Positions 49,198-62,860 of a DNA stretch of 64,000 bases are shown here, piece by piece. The DNA is from Octopus bimaculoides (taxonomy: Eukaryota): positions 436,456-500,455 of the forward strand of contig NC_068998.1 in the NCBI RefSeq assembly GCF_001194135.2, given 5' to 3'. Under the pieces are notes generated by a model, which saw only the letters and a program-made list of their open reading frames with translations, had not been told where the DNA came from and did no database searches. A program made the translations under genes and the position numbers. The first letter of the stretch is position 1. Each line of letters opens with the position of its first letter.

Positions 49198-50112
49198 GGT
49201 GAGGCTGGTAGAGAGAAAGCTGAGATTTCTTTCTTTAAGATGAATCTGAAAGGAACCGTTCCACTTTAGTAAGAATCCAATTAGTTATGATGTCAATTTC
49301 AAAATCCTACAGCATCCAAATATTTTGCTTTATTTTTTTGTCTTTTGAAAATATTTTTGGAAATTTTTGTTGTTTTCTTCTGATAATCAGAATGTTTAGC
49401 ACTGATAAGGTGGGTGGAGGGGGTCCCAGTTGTTCTAAAGATCACTCAATAGCATCGAATGGAAATGGATATAATTTTTATCTAAATTGTTATTTCCCCT
49501 TAATTTATGTTGACCTCCATAATTTCAACCAAACTATCACTCATACCGGGGAGTGAGTATCACTCATACCGGGGAGTGAGTATCACTCATACCGGGGAGT
49601 GAGTATCACTAATAACTCAGAGTGAATATCTGCTGCTATTTACTTAACTCTCTCCTCCTCCATTAATAAGACCAGTTCCAATGTTGCATTCTCTCTCCAT
49701 TACGTCAACTGATCTTGCGGAAATATATCTTGTTTTGTAGATTGAGAATATATAATGTTTGTTTGTCTGTTGGCAATATCACTTCATGTGTGTTAATGTA
49801 TTACACACACACACACATGTACACAAAACACCCACACACACATACACACGCATGCACTCCAATTATGAAGTTAAACATTTAGTGTTGTTGTTTTTATTGT
49901 CTAATCCCCTGATGGTGGGAGAATTTTTATAATAAAACAAGAAAATAGCAAAATAAATTCCAAATATATTTTCAAAAGAAAAAAAAATATTTGGATGCTG
50001 TGGTTTTTTGGAATTGGCATCATAATTGATTGGACTTTTACCAAAGTGGAATGGTTTCTCTCCCTCAGATTAATTTTGTTGATGGAAATCATTGCTTTGT
50101 CTCCACCCCACC
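49198..50112. mobile_element. Degenerate inverted-repeat element (arms about 180 bp), MITE-like or an inverted pair of one repeat
   Basis: 49198-49379 versus the reverse complement of 49939-50112: aaccgttccactttagtaagaatccaattagttatgatgtcaatttcaaaatcctacagcatccaaatatttt vs aaccattccactttggtaaaagtccaatcaattatgatgccaattccaaaaaaccacagcatccaaatatttt. Confidence 0.65.
49535..49626. repeat. 23-bp minisatellite, 3 identical copies plus 1 diverged copy
   Basis: (tatcactcataccggggagtgag)x3 then tatcactaataactcagagtgaa. Confidence 0.95.
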
Positions 50113-50964
50113 AGTTGTTCTGTGTAAATATGGAACAATATGTCAGGTATTTCAGGTTTGAAGTAAAATGTTCATTGTCCGTTGTGATAATGGAAACCCT
50201 GCACTACGCTGAGTGTAAACACACACACACACACACACACTTACACAAACACACACACATGCTTACACAGACATAGCGACTACCAAACACAAACATGCTC
50301 ACACACAATCTGGGGGTTACGTGCAACTTAAATGGAATGACTGAGACAACATAAATATCGAGACCTAACTTGTATCATCATCATCAGCTTATCTACTTCT
50401 ATAATCCCACGGTTATATTTATTTCCGTCGTCTTCGTCATCTCCTCTTCTTATCTCTATTCATTACAGGCAAAACAATTTCTCTTTATTAAGCTCTCTTT
50501 TCAGGTTTTTACCTGGTTATTATTGTACCTCCCACCCTTAATCTAGTTACCATTGGTAAAACTAGTCAGCAGAAATTGCATTTAGGGTACTTAATGGTAG
50601 AATTATTGGGTTATGCCAAACTTGAAGCTCAACAAACTATTTCTGAAATTGAAAAAAAAAATATATATATTAACAGATAATTTAATTCTTGTTTTTAAAA
50701 TGGCCAAGGAAAATCGATAATTTTACTGAAAAATAAATCAATTTTAGAGTAATTTAAAGAATTGTTTTAATTTTTTGGTTTTTGTTCTCCGTGTGAATTG
50801 ATTTGTTGATTAAGTCAGAACTTAAAAGTTTCTAGAAAAATGTACAAGATGTAAGATTTTTGTGATCCAAATCCAAATATTATATCTTTTGCTAATCTGC
50901 CATGCTTGGAGGATTCCTGAGTCAGGAGTCTTGACAGAGTCTCTTACATGGCTAAAGGGTATAG

Positions 50965-51130
50965 AGTTGGCAGAGCATCAGACAAAATAATTTGTGCTAT
51001 TTAGTGATGTCCCCTTTACGTTTTGTGTTTAAAACCCAACCTGGTTGATTTTATTTTTTTTTTATCTTTCTGGGGCCAATAAAATAAGAACCAGAATCAG
51101 CTATAGTGAAGGTGTTCCCCCAGCATGACC
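50965..51130 (+). mobile_element. SINE family A, degenerate
   Basis: gagttggcagagcatcagacaaaataatttgtgctattt...ttacgttttgtgtttaaaacccaacc.ggttgatttt...ctttctggggccaataaaataagaaccag. Confidence 0.5.
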
Positions 51131-51901
51131 AAAATTCAAAGATAGAAATCAACAAATTAACTTCATTGACCTCAGCACACAAATTGAGAAAAAATTCCAG
51201 AGAAGCAAAAACCTAAAATGACTGGTTGCAGCAAAGTAAACTTAAGAAAAAAAGGCTTTTAGTTTGTAATGAAAGAAAACTTTTTCTATTGCTTTGTTGG
51301 AGAGTGTACAGATAAATAAGCAGGAATTCCAAAAAGTACCTCTAGAGTACACTAACAAGTACACTAGATATGCTGTGTGATGAAAGATAGACAATTGTTA
51401 AAGAGTTGAGTCAGTGGTAGTTTGGTGTGTTCCTTCATGTGGAATTAATATTCAGTTTAAGTTGTGTAGAAAAGTCACAGACAATAATTCACCATTTAAT
51501 AAGAACTTCCTTAAGCAAGAAGAAAATATCACAGCATTGCCAGAATAAAAAGTCTTGTGGTAGATTAAGAGTCGAACAGATTTACCATTCCATACTGAAC
51601 AAGTTAATTCATAACATTTTGCTTTAGAAATCTTTTTAAAATTTGCATTTTTAAACGTAATTTTTTATTTTGATTCAAGTTTCCTTGTTATTTTTCAATC
51701 TTTTATTGAAATCCTGACATTAATTAATAAATTACCTTTACCGGATTGTTAATTGCTTAATTGCTTCAAGGCAAATTTACTAATTGGGAAATTGTTGGTT
51801 GGATATATTGCCTTTACTAAAAAGGCTGTCAGGCAATTTTCCTGCAGCAATTTCATAGGATATTTCTTACACACACACACTTGGTATCTTGAAATAAGAA
51901 C

Positions 51902-51947
<46 letters not shown>

Positions 51948-52027
51948 TTGTATCTACACAGAGAGTGAGTGTATCTATAACCTGTCCAATCCATGCAAGC
52001 ATGGTAAAGCCAACAATGATGATAAGG

Positions 52028-52072
<45 letters not shown>

Positions 52073-52814
52073 GCGTGCGTGTGTGTGTGCGTGCGTGTGT
52101 GTGTGTGCATATAACATAAAATGGCTCCACTTTCTGTAATTTCTATTGAATTACAGGTCTTTATTGTTTCCTTTTTATTTCATTCTGCACTCCTACCTCC
52201 TCTCCCCTATTCCCTAACCCTGTTTTTCTCTTTGTCCTATTCAATATTATACCTGAAGGAGTCAACAAAACAACCACTATATTTAGTCCAATCACCACCA
52301 ATGGTCATTCACCATTGTCAACACACTTCCTGACTCTGTTGCTTCCCTGAATACCCTTCATTCAAATAACCTTGCAACCTCCACTCACCGCATGATAAAA
52401 CTATGTCCCATTCCAACCAATTCTATTATTGGACATATCGACCCAGGAAGCGTTTCGATCTTTGCTTTTTTTATTGTCAATATATTTCCTTCCATTGCTG
52501 ACTTTTTTTTGACCACTGAATTATGACCACCACTCCATTGCTTCATTGAAAAATGGACAAAGAGTTATACTTTTGCATGACATGGACGTTTGTCCAGTTT
52601 TCTTGAAAAGGAATCAAGCAACAGTATTGTTGTGTGTTTATGTTTCATGAAACAAGATGAATGGAAGTCACAAAAAGCCAGAAACAAAAATACTTCTTCT
52701 ATTGATTCCATCATAAAGCCACTCAAAGTTAAAATCTCCTCTCAAAATATCAATGAAACAGATTTATTCTGTTTTAGTTACGGACAAAGTCTCTTCTGTC
52801 ATTGAAATTAATAG

Positions 52815-52975
52815 TTGTGGCTTTGTGTTTAAGAAGATTGCTGTGTGACCATGTGGTTTCTGGTTCAAGGCCACAACACAGCAACTATGGCAAGTGTCAT
52901 CTACTACAGCCTCAACTTGACTTCTACCTTGTAAATGAGATTTAGTTGATGGGAAACTGTGTATAAACTTATTTT
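52815..52975 (+). mobile_element. tRNA-derived SINE family D
   Basis: tgtggctttgtgtttaagaagattgc...accatgtggtttctggttcaaggcc...ggcaagtgtcatctactacagcctc...ccttgtaaatgagatttagttgatgggaaactg. Confidence 0.7.
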
Positions 52976-54036
52976 ATATATATATGTGTGTCCATATATA
53001 TGTGTGTGTGTGTGTTTATGTATATATGTATATATCTATATATATGTATGTATGTATGTATCTATCTATATATATATATATTTATTATAAGATCTGGTAA
53101 TTAGTCATATATTAATNNNNNNNNNNNNNNNNNNNNNNNNNNNNNNNNNNNNNNNNNNNNNNNNNNNNNNNNNNNNNNNNNNNNNNNNNNNNNNNNNNNN
53201 NNNNNNNNNNNNNNNNNNNNNNNNNNNNNNNNNNNNNNNNNNNNNNNNNNNNNNNNNNNNNNNNNNNNNNNNNNNNNNNNNNNNNNNNNNNNNNNNNNNN
53301 NNNNNNNNNNNNNNNNNNNNNNNNNNNNNNNNNNNNNNNNNNNNNNNNNNNNNNNNNNNNNNNNNNNNNNNNNNNNNNNNNNNNNNNNNNNNNNNNNNNN
53401 NNNNNNNNNNNNNNNNNNNNNNNNNNNNNNNNNNNNNNNNNNNNNNNNNNNNNNNNNNNNNNNNNNNNNNNNNNNNNNNNNNNNNNNNNNNNNNNNNNNN
53501 NNNNNNNNNNNNNNNNNNNNNNNNNNNNNNNNNNNNNNNNNACACACATATATCAAGACTTTTTCTCTCATGTGTGTGTGTGTGAAAATGCTTCATAAAC
53601 ATGAAATACTTTTTACTGGTTTAGCTGAGAAAGTAGAAAAGAAGATAAAAACAAACAACAAAATGACAAAATATATTTTATGGTTAATCAAGATTTATTA
53701 TATATATCCCATCTAAACCATAAGATTAACATAAGTCTTCCTGCTCTATAAACTGCATCAAGTTGTCAAACCACTTTGTAGTTTTATGCATACGTTGTGG
53801 CTCCACAATTAAAATTCCTTCTTAATTACTCTGTTCTTGTTAGGTTCCTTCTTGTTGCTCTATATCAGTCTTATTGAGGGGAATTGACAAAATTAGGTCC
53901 AATCGAGATTTGGACTCACAATTTTGAAACACAGAGACATTGAGTCTGATCACTTCACTACCAACCATGCTGTATAATATTGGGTGTATATACATACAGC
54001 AGAGACATACATAAATGTGTGTGTGTGTATAACATA

Positions 54037-54085
<49 letters not shown>

Positions 54086-55380
54086 TCATAAAAGATAATG
54101 CAAGTTAACATCTGAGAAAGAATTATCTATGTGTATGTAGCTATTTTTTCTCTTTCACTCTCCCTCTCTGTATGTGTGTGTGTGTGTGTGTGTAATCTTT
54201 TTGTCTTGTTATTGTGTTAAGTGTGGTAGAACAGCAAGCATAATATTTTTTCCAAGATTTCCCAAGACTGCTAACAGGAAATGAAGTATCTCTGATCAAA
54301 CTCAGATGTTGATTTGTTAGATGTACAGGTGCCAAATGTCTAATAGTATTGAAGGTTGTCTCCTAGTGTTACCTGTTCAAATCACAATGAGTTCAACTAC
54401 ACACCAGGGTTGATAGAAATATTATAACTAACCTCACTGATCTACACATTGACTACTTCTTTCATCTTCAATTGTGGCCTTGTTCCAAACATAGAAATCA
54501 TTATTATTGTCTCAGAGAAATGGTAATACACCAAATTATTTAGTGTTATTGTCTTCAGTTTTAGATCTTTTCCTTTCTGAAATTAAATTCCTGACAGGTT
54601 GCTTTTATACTCTTAATCAGTAAACTACGAAATACTTTAGAGTAATAACTAGGTTAAATCCGTCCATGACACACTACCCTAAAATTTGTGGCCTGATGCC
54701 AAAGGTACAAACCATTAGTTGTAAAGGAGCCGTCTCCTCCACTTTAAAAGCACAGAACATAATTTGAGAGTCTTATAATGCTGTAATATAACTGCTATTT
54801 CTATTCTGCCAAAGAATAGCAACAACACTTTTATACCTGGTTTGCTGAGCACAGACACCTTCAAAGAAGACAGCTTATCGTCATTTTACAACCAATTTTC
54901 AATGTTGGTATAGATTGGAATGTTTTTTGTTATTTTTCTGAGGCAATGTTTCACAGCCAAATACCCTTCTTGTCATCATCCATTTTTATTTACCTCTTAC
55001 AACATAACATGCCATTTTTTTTTGTATTGTTTCTTAAACATCTGGATTACACAATTGTAATTATTATATATTCTTAAGCATTAAAATGGAATTTTAAATA
55101 AGGATTTAGCTTCCACCTTGTCCATGTGTTTGTGTGATCATTTTAACCTCAACTTTTTCCCATTCACATTTGTCAGACGAAATTCATTGAAGCCTCTTTT
55201 CTACATCTGGTTACTCTTCCTGTTGTCAGCCCTCGTCTTTTCCTAAGCAAAATGATATTTTCCCCTAGTTTGGACATAGTTTTATGAAAGATTGCAAACA
55301 AATAACAACATCTGTATGACAGTCATGTTTATTGACAATCAACATGGATGGGCACACGCACACACTCTCATATATTTGTG

Positions 55381-55525
55381 CTTCTTTTCATTTTCTGTCT
55401 ACCAAATTCACACTCAAGGCTTTGGACAGCCTGGGGCTATAGAAGACACTTACCCATAATGCTGCACCATGGGAATGATATTTTGTTGTAAAGCAAACTT
55501 CTTAACCACAGCCATGCCAGAGCCT
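55381..55525 (-). mobile_element. SINE family D
   Basis: cttcttttcattttctgtctaccaaattcacactcaaggctttgg...ggggctatagaagacacttaccc...cttcttaaccacagccatgccagagcct. Confidence 0.75.
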
Positions 55526-55526
55526 A

Positions 55527-55539
55527 TATCTATCTATCA

Positions 55540-55618
<79 letters not shown>
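55527..55618. repeat. (TCTA)n-(TA)n compound microsatellite
   Basis: Directly visible. Confidence 0.95.
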
Positions 55619-55619
<1 letters not shown>

Positions 55620-56073
55620 TCAAAGGTGGCACATCATGAATGCACAGACACATGCACACATGTGCATGTATGTGTGTGTATAAAAGTGGTTACATTCCAG
55701 AAGTATTGTTATAATGCAACTTACGTTCCAAGTACAAATTAATTAATTATCAGTGATTTATTTATTTATTGACCTCATTTCCAGTTGGCATTATCATTAT
55801 TATGTGTTGTCCACTTTATCATAAATCTTGGCCTAATGAGTCCGATACAGTTTCTTATCAAGTTAATCTAATTTTGTTAAACCTATTGATGCCAGCTGTA
55901 AATAGCAATCATCTTCGACTTTCCTGTTCATCATCTTGTTCTACTTTATACTCAATAATCCCAACATAATCTTCATTTTAAACAAACTAATCCTATTTCA
56001 CTTATTACCCATAGACACACACTCACACGTGTGTGTGTGTATTTATGTAACAACAACAATAATAATTATAGTG

Positions 56074-56113
<40 letters not shown>

Positions 56114-56149
56114 TGATGATGATAGTGGTAGTAAAAGCAGTGTTTGATA

Positions 56150-56330
56150 TAGGCTTGAAGTCAGAAATTTGGGGGAGAAGAGTCCCACTATATGACTGGT
56201 ACTATTTGATGTACCTAAATCTACCCTTAGAAATTATGACAATACCATAAATGTTGAAAAATGGACATTTGAATTTGTGAAAAATCTTGATGTGATAGGA
56301 CGAAATAATTCCAGTTTTGAAACCAGAAAG
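56150..56330 (-). mobile_element. SINE family A, strongly degenerate
   Basis: gaaatttgggggagaagagtccc...gactggtactattt...ggacatttgaattt...gacgaaata follows the reverse complement of family A. Confidence 0.4.
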
Positions 56331-56640
56331 TACTAGGAAACCTGTCTCTGATGCCAGACAACAATAACCAAGTTCACCAGTATAATCTTTGTTCTAGTGT
56401 TTCTACTTCATATGAAATATATTACAATGTAAAGTGGTTGGTATTATGAAGGGCATTTAGCTGAAGAAATCATCTCAAAAATGAGACATTAGGACACAAC
56501 CCTCTGAACTGTGAAAAGCCTGTTGAATTGTTTTGCCAATGGCACCATAGAAAATATGTGTGATTTTGAGGGCAATGATGATAATGATGATTAATGTGTG
56601 TGTGTATTTATATATACATATATATATTTATGTATTTATG

Positions 56641-56790
56641 TCAGGCATCTTTCAGTTTCCATCTACCAAATCCATTCACAAGGCTTTGGTTAGCCAAGGT
56701 AGAAGCATAGGAGAAGTCACTTGTTCAAGGTACAGTGAGAGACAGAACCTTAGACTTCATTGTTGGGAAACAAACTTCCTAACCCTAACC
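56641..56790 (-). mobile_element. SINE family D
   Basis: ggcatctttcagtttccatctaccaaatccattcacaaggctttggttagcc...gaagtcacttgttcaagg...gttgggaaacaaacttcctaacc. Confidence 0.7.
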
Positions 56791-56796
56791 CCACTG

Positions 56797-56864
<68 letters not shown>

Positions 56865-57569
56865 AGGGAAAAACAGTATGGTTTAATGATGTGCATAAAA
56901 TGAAATGTTTTCTCATGGAGAAAATGCAGGCATGCAACAATGCACATACCTCCATATATCTATGTTTACATTTATACATACATATAGACTTCTATTTATA
57001 CACACACACACACACATACATATGTCCATACATATATCTAGACATACTTACATCCATACATATACTTTCATTGATACATGCTAAATTACCTTCTTATTAA
57101 ATGAATTGTTAATATAATAATAAAACAAACAATTAAGTATTGCTCGTTCTAATTAGGGTAAATGAGGAAGAATTATTGATCTTTCAGGCTGCTTATTAAG
57201 ACCAATTCTTGATACAATACTTGCCACCATCATTTTCTTCTTTTTCCTCCATTTATTATCCAACAGCCAACATGGAAACCTTACAAGCCTTCTCATTATT
57301 CATCCTCCTTATTATTAATCTTCATTAAGTTTCTGTTTACCCCCCTGGCAAATATTTTCTTCCAGAAGGTATTGATTTTTTTAATTATTTGTGTCCACCA
57401 CCATTCTCAGCACCAGCACCCTATACTTTCCTGTGAATTCCTTGTAGTTTGTTTGCCTGGTTTCATCTAAAGAAAGGAACTCAAAACAAAAAAAACAAAA
57501 AAAATTTGATAGCAACCACAACACTGCTGGATTTTTCAATACTGCATGTCTAAAAGAACTATTCCACTC

Positions 57570-57603
<34 letters not shown>

Positions 57604-58632
57604 GTCCACACACACACACACATTTATATTTCAAGACAGGTGAAAAAGTGATGATTTTCTTTAATTTTCAGAACACCTGTCTTGATATTTCAATTTGATG
57701 TTAAAGATGATACTTTTGTTAGTTATGTTGTGATATATTGGTTGCTGAACTAGTACATCTAAGAACCTTGCTTAAGGTCACACTGTTTTCTGTATGTCTC
57801 TTCCACCACTCTTTCTCTCTCTCTCTCTCTCTCTAATACAGGAGTTAGAAAATCACATTTATTTCAGCATTGTCTTCATAGCATAAAATCACATGAACAC
57901 ACACACCCACACCCACACACACACACACAGAGAAAGAGTAAAGCATATCTACATTCAAGTTCATGTGTTGTTAGATGTTGATGTATGGAAGAGAAGATAA
58001 TTTTGATAGAAGCACTCTTCCTCCTTGCTGTAAATACAAGACCTTTGAAAGACCTTGGGCGAGTCCCACCATCTCAGCTGTAGAGGCAAATCTAAGGAAA
58101 TAGATTTTGAAATACTTTGAAGATATTCCGGCAGAAAAAGAAAGAATTTGATAGACAGCAATTTCTCATTAAGCTCCATCTTTTCTTGTCTTCCCATCAT
58201 TGTTATAATAATAATAATAATAATATTAATAATGATAATAATAATGATGATAATAATAATAATCTCCTACAGTTTCCTTTCATATAACTTTTATCTATTT
58301 TTCAATATCCTCTTAACATCAACAATCATCTCTGTTCTTAAACATTCCCTTATCTACACCAAAAAGCCTCCTTGCTCTTATCTTTTGATTTTCTTTTGTT
58401 TCAGAAAACTCTCTCTCTCTCTCTTGTTGTTGTTGTTGTTGTTTGCTAACAAACTTGATGCAGTCATTCTGTTCTTTGCCTTTCTGTTTCATTCTCCATC
58501 CTCTTGTCCCAGACACCATGTTTCTCCCTCAAATCTTTGCTTGTTTATTTCTAAATAGTTTCTCATATAAAATATCTGTCTCCTTCACCAATTTGTGCCT
58601 GAATACTTGTAATAGAACCAGTTTCAATCCCC

Positions 58633-58691
<59 letters not shown>

Positions 58692-59549
58692 ACAGATTCT
58701 ATCAAGTGTCCAAAACAAAAGAAATGGAATCAATATTCATTGTGATTCTGGTTAGTTTTGATCAGTTGGATCTCTAGAAGATGAACAGATTGCGAGGAAT
58801 GAAAGACTGGAAGAAAAAAAAGAAAAAAATTGATAAAGAAGAGAAAATGAAGAATAAGAACAGGGTGGGGGGATACAGCAATGAAGGAAAAAGAAGAGTG
58901 AAATAAAAAGAAAGAGATGGAAAAGGAGATTATTAAGAAAAAGAAGGAAAAAATGAAGAAGAGATTGAAAGGAAAAAGGAAGGAATATCTGTGTAAAATG
59001 AAAATATGAAGTTGAGCTAATAAGTTAGGAATCATCTTGATTGGTTAGCATTAATGTCATTTTAGATAAAGTGATAATTTTCAAAGTTAATGATAAAAGA
59101 ATGGAATATGGTTTATTCTATTAGAAATGAAGAGTTTGATGAAGTTTTTTTGTTTGTTTTGAAAACAATTGTAAAATGTCTTTGTGAGTCTGCAAATGGT
59201 TATGGAACAAATAAGCTGTAGACATATATTGGTTATTTCTAAGGGAGAGAGAGCTAAAACTTCATTGGTGCTGCCAGTTGAGAACCTATGATGGTATTTC
59301 AGAAAGAACTACGTAACTAGCAACAAACAATAAATAACTGGCCATTACACATATGCACACACACATGCACACCGTGTGTGTGAGAAAGAGAGAAAGAGGG
59401 AGATGCATGTGCGTATAATCTTCTTTAAAACCTTACCATTTGAAGTCTCTACAGAATTGGTTGATGTTACTGGATAAATCAGAGGTGGTGTGTGAGGGCT
59501 GATATATTTTGATAGAAGGGCCTCTCTCTCGGAGTGAAAGGCAGAGTGT

Positions 59550-59700
59550 ATGATGTGGGCTTTGCCTTTCATCCTTTCAGGGTTGATAAAATAAATACCA
59601 GTTGAACACTGGGGTCGATATTATTGATTAGTCCCCTCCCCCAAAATGGCTGTTCTTGTGATATATTTGAAACCAATTGCTATTATTATTATCATTATTA
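59550..59700 (+). mobile_element. SINE family A, 5'-truncated, (ATT)n tail
   Basis: ctttgcctttcatcctttcagggttgataaaataaataccagttgaacactggggtcgat...gtcccctcccccaaaat. Confidence 0.75.
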
Positions 59701-59790
59701 TTACTAGTGTTATTATTATCATTATTATTACTAGTGTTATTATTATTATTATTATTACTAGTGTTGTTATTATTATTACTGTTATTATTA
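59686..59790. repeat. 27-bp higher-order repeat (ttattattatcattattattactagtg) grown in the SINE tail
   Basis: actagtg anchors recur three times at 27-bp spacing within (ATT)n. Confidence 0.8.
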
Positions 59791-60254
59791 TTATTATTAT
59801 TAGTTCCAATATGACCGTTGTTATATTTTCTAGCTTCAGTTGCATTTCAAGAATACATTTCATTCTTCCAGTACTCACCTCCCCCCCCCCCACACACCAA
59901 ACATAGCTTTTTTTCAGACACATTTCCTAAAAGAACAATGGTAAACAAGCATTCTCTGTGTCACTGTGTGGAATGCTAAAGTTGCTTCTGTGATTAAGGT
60001 AAACTAATCAATATATACTACAATTCTAAGGAGCAGAAATATTCAGGAAATACCCCCTCCCCACCCTCATCTTTTATTACCAATACACAAGAATCCTAAT
60101 TTCATTTCCAAATATTGATTTTTTTTTTCATTTCTGATTCAATAATTGAAGTTGACCTTTCCAAATATTTTTTCATATATATCTTTTACTATTTTGTGAT
60201 TATATATATGTATGTATGTGTTACTATTGCTATAGATATATACATGACTATTGT

Positions 60255-60285
<31 letters not shown>

Positions 60286-60719
60286 AAATATTACTAATGT
60301 TATATATGGAATAATCTCAGATTTACAAACCCTGTCTTTCCCCTCTCCATGTCTCTTACACAAATATAAAATAGTTCTCTACACAATGTGATAAACATGA
60401 AACATGTTTAACATTTACCATTATATTGGACTGATATGTATGCATATAAACATAGACACACATGTATATACATGTATGTATTTGTATGTGTATGTATATG
60501 TATATATATGTATGTACATAAGTGTCTGTATATATACACACACATGTCTGTTTTCTGTTTGGTCATCATGTTACCATGGTTGTTGTGAGAATCAACAGGT
60601 AAGAGCAAAATTTTAAAATCCCTGCTTAAAAAAAGTTTAGTGAAGCACATTAAATTCTGCATGTGTTCAATGCTGGTTGGTAACCACTGAGATGTGTGTG
60701 TAAGAGAAATCCTCCTCTT

Positions 60720-60895
60720 CCTGTTGTTTTGTTGTTTAACCCCAGGCAATACTGATGGAGTAGTCCTGTGTTCAGGAGTTGGTTGTGCATCTCAGACTAC
60801 ATTTTTCAATGTCACCTTCCCTTTTAAGACAGTAAGGTGTGATTTTGGAGGGAGCCGGCTGCTATTTGTAGCAGATCTGTTAACTTTGTAAAGGT
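60720..60895 (+). mobile_element. Family E repeat
   Basis: ttgttgtttaaccccaggc...gactacatttttcaatgtcaccttcccttttaagacagtaaggtgtgattttggagggagccggctgctatttgtagcagatc. Confidence 0.6.
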
Positions 60896-61517
60896 TCCTC
60901 TATGGGCCTGTTACTGTTGTTGTTGTTGTTATTAGTGAGGTTTTTGTGTGCAATCAAATCAACATGTATCACCAACTATCACTAACACTACCATCACTAT
61001 CATCATCATCAACATCACCATCGTGGTTAATTCCACATTCATCAGCAGGGAGAGAACTTCATTAGGCAATGTGTATGTATTGCAGATCTGCTTGTACCCC
61101 AGATCCATATGTACCCTGGTATGTATGTGTCACAAATAACAACCAATACTATCTCCATGGTAACCACTCTCTTATTTAAACTAATTTCTCTCAATTCCTG
61201 CTTCATTAATTCACACTTTAATTAACTTCCAACGAAGCAATGGAGTATATCAATGTTGTTTCTTGATCTCTTCAAAATTATTTCATTAATCTTGTTACTT
61301 CTGTTGGGTATCTTGATAACGTGATGTGTCCTTCCCCCCATCTACCTTCAGAGCATGTTTTGCTGCAGTTTCTGTATTGCTGTTTTACATCACAATACCT
61401 TAACTCCTTTGTAGCAATGAACAGACTTGTCTACCTGAGGAATGCCACCTCAGGTATGCCATTGGTTGCCATAGTGCATTCATCTTGGCCAACACACATC
61501 GTTGTTTTGTGTGTATG

Positions 61518-61548
<31 letters not shown>

Positions 61549-61699
61549 ATACAACACACACATACATGCGTGTGTGTGTGTGAGGGAGGGAACATAAGGC
61601 AGTGAAACTATTTAAACCTGATACAGTACAATCTCACTAATGCTGGTTCCTCAAGAAGTCACTGTCACTACACTTTGTAAAGTGGTTGGCAACCAACCA

Positions 61700-61935
61700 A
61701 AAGCAACATAACGTACAAAGGATTCTTTGGTGATGCCAAGGACCTGGCATTGTTTAGGAAGCTGGTGGTTGGTGTTAGGAAGGGTATCCAATTGCAGAAA
61801 CCTTGCCAAAAATAGAAGCGTATGAGTGAGCCATGGTTCTCTGACCTATCCGGGAGAGGAATACATCTGATACAGAAGGCGATTACTCATTCAATTTATA
61901 TCAGCATGGAAAGCGGATGTATGAAGTGATGATGG
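61700..61935 (+). mobile_element. SINE family B, diverged
   Basis: gtggttggtgttaggaagggtatccaattgcagaaaccttgccaaa...cagcatggaaagcggatgtatgaagtgatgatg. Confidence 0.7.
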
Positions 61936-62590
61936 AGATTTGATGTGTGTGTACATGCATGTAAATATATCATGTATGTATAATGACATGATTTAGTCAT
62001 GGACAAATTTATAAGCTAAAAATAAAGATACCTAAAGAACTGGGAACAAAAAAAACATAAAACATATAATGATATAAATTTATTTTCCATTTAGAGAAAT
62101 ACAGAATTAAAAAAAACTGTTATTACAGGAAAAATTTTGGTGTAATTTCGGTTGGGGACAGAAGAAGCCATGAAAGTTTGAGTTTATTACCTAGTTCATT
62201 GGAAACTATAATCTTCTTGAAATACCAATGTCTTCATAATTTCAGAGTTGACTCTGTTATTAGTTCCTGGCAAATTCACCAGAACATCTTAGTTTAGTTT
62301 GTCAGAGAAAATGTTTCTATTTAAAGTAAATTATGGAGTGCAGATTATCAGAATTGATAGCAGAGAACTATTTGGGACAGAATGGAATCCCTTCTTCTGC
62401 TTCACCAACTGGCAATCATCTATGTTTCACTTCTTTCTCTCTCTCTCTCTCTCTCTCTCCATCCATCATGAGTATATTTTAAATTGAGATTATTATTCTA
62501 ATGCAACTTCATGGAACATTTACTATTTATTGGGAGTAGAGAATCATATATACACACAAATGGGGAGGGAGTGTAACACACACACACACA

Positions 62591-62623
<33 letters not shown>

Positions 62624-62651
62624 TCATATATATGAATGGGGAGTTTATGTC

Positions 62652-62860
62652 ACATCATCATTTTAAGCGAACCTTCCATGCTGGCATGGATTGGATGATT
62701 TGACAGTCTCCAGTAAGTCAGAGGTCTTCATTAAGTTCCAGTGTCTGCTTTGACATGCTTTCTTTGGCTGAATGACGTTCCTGGCCATATTACCAAATAT
62801 AGTGAGTTCCTTGTGTGACACCAGCACAAGTGAAGTGGCACAAGTGAATTGGTCTTTTCT
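62652..62860 (-). mobile_element. SINE family B, diverged
   Basis: catcatcattttaagcgaaccttccatgctggcatggattggatgatttgac...gtgtctgctttgacatgctttctttggctgaatgacgttcct...gtgtgacaccagcac. Confidence 0.65.

Noticed and set aside
49535-49626. Palindromic 23-bp repeats as a CRISPR-like array
   Set aside because: Units are directly adjacent with no spacers, the context is eukaryotic, and there are no cas genes.
57961-58110. Minus-strand open stretch FASTAEMVGLAQGLSKVLYLQQGG after a possible acceptor
   Set aside because: No convincing donor and no recognisable homology.
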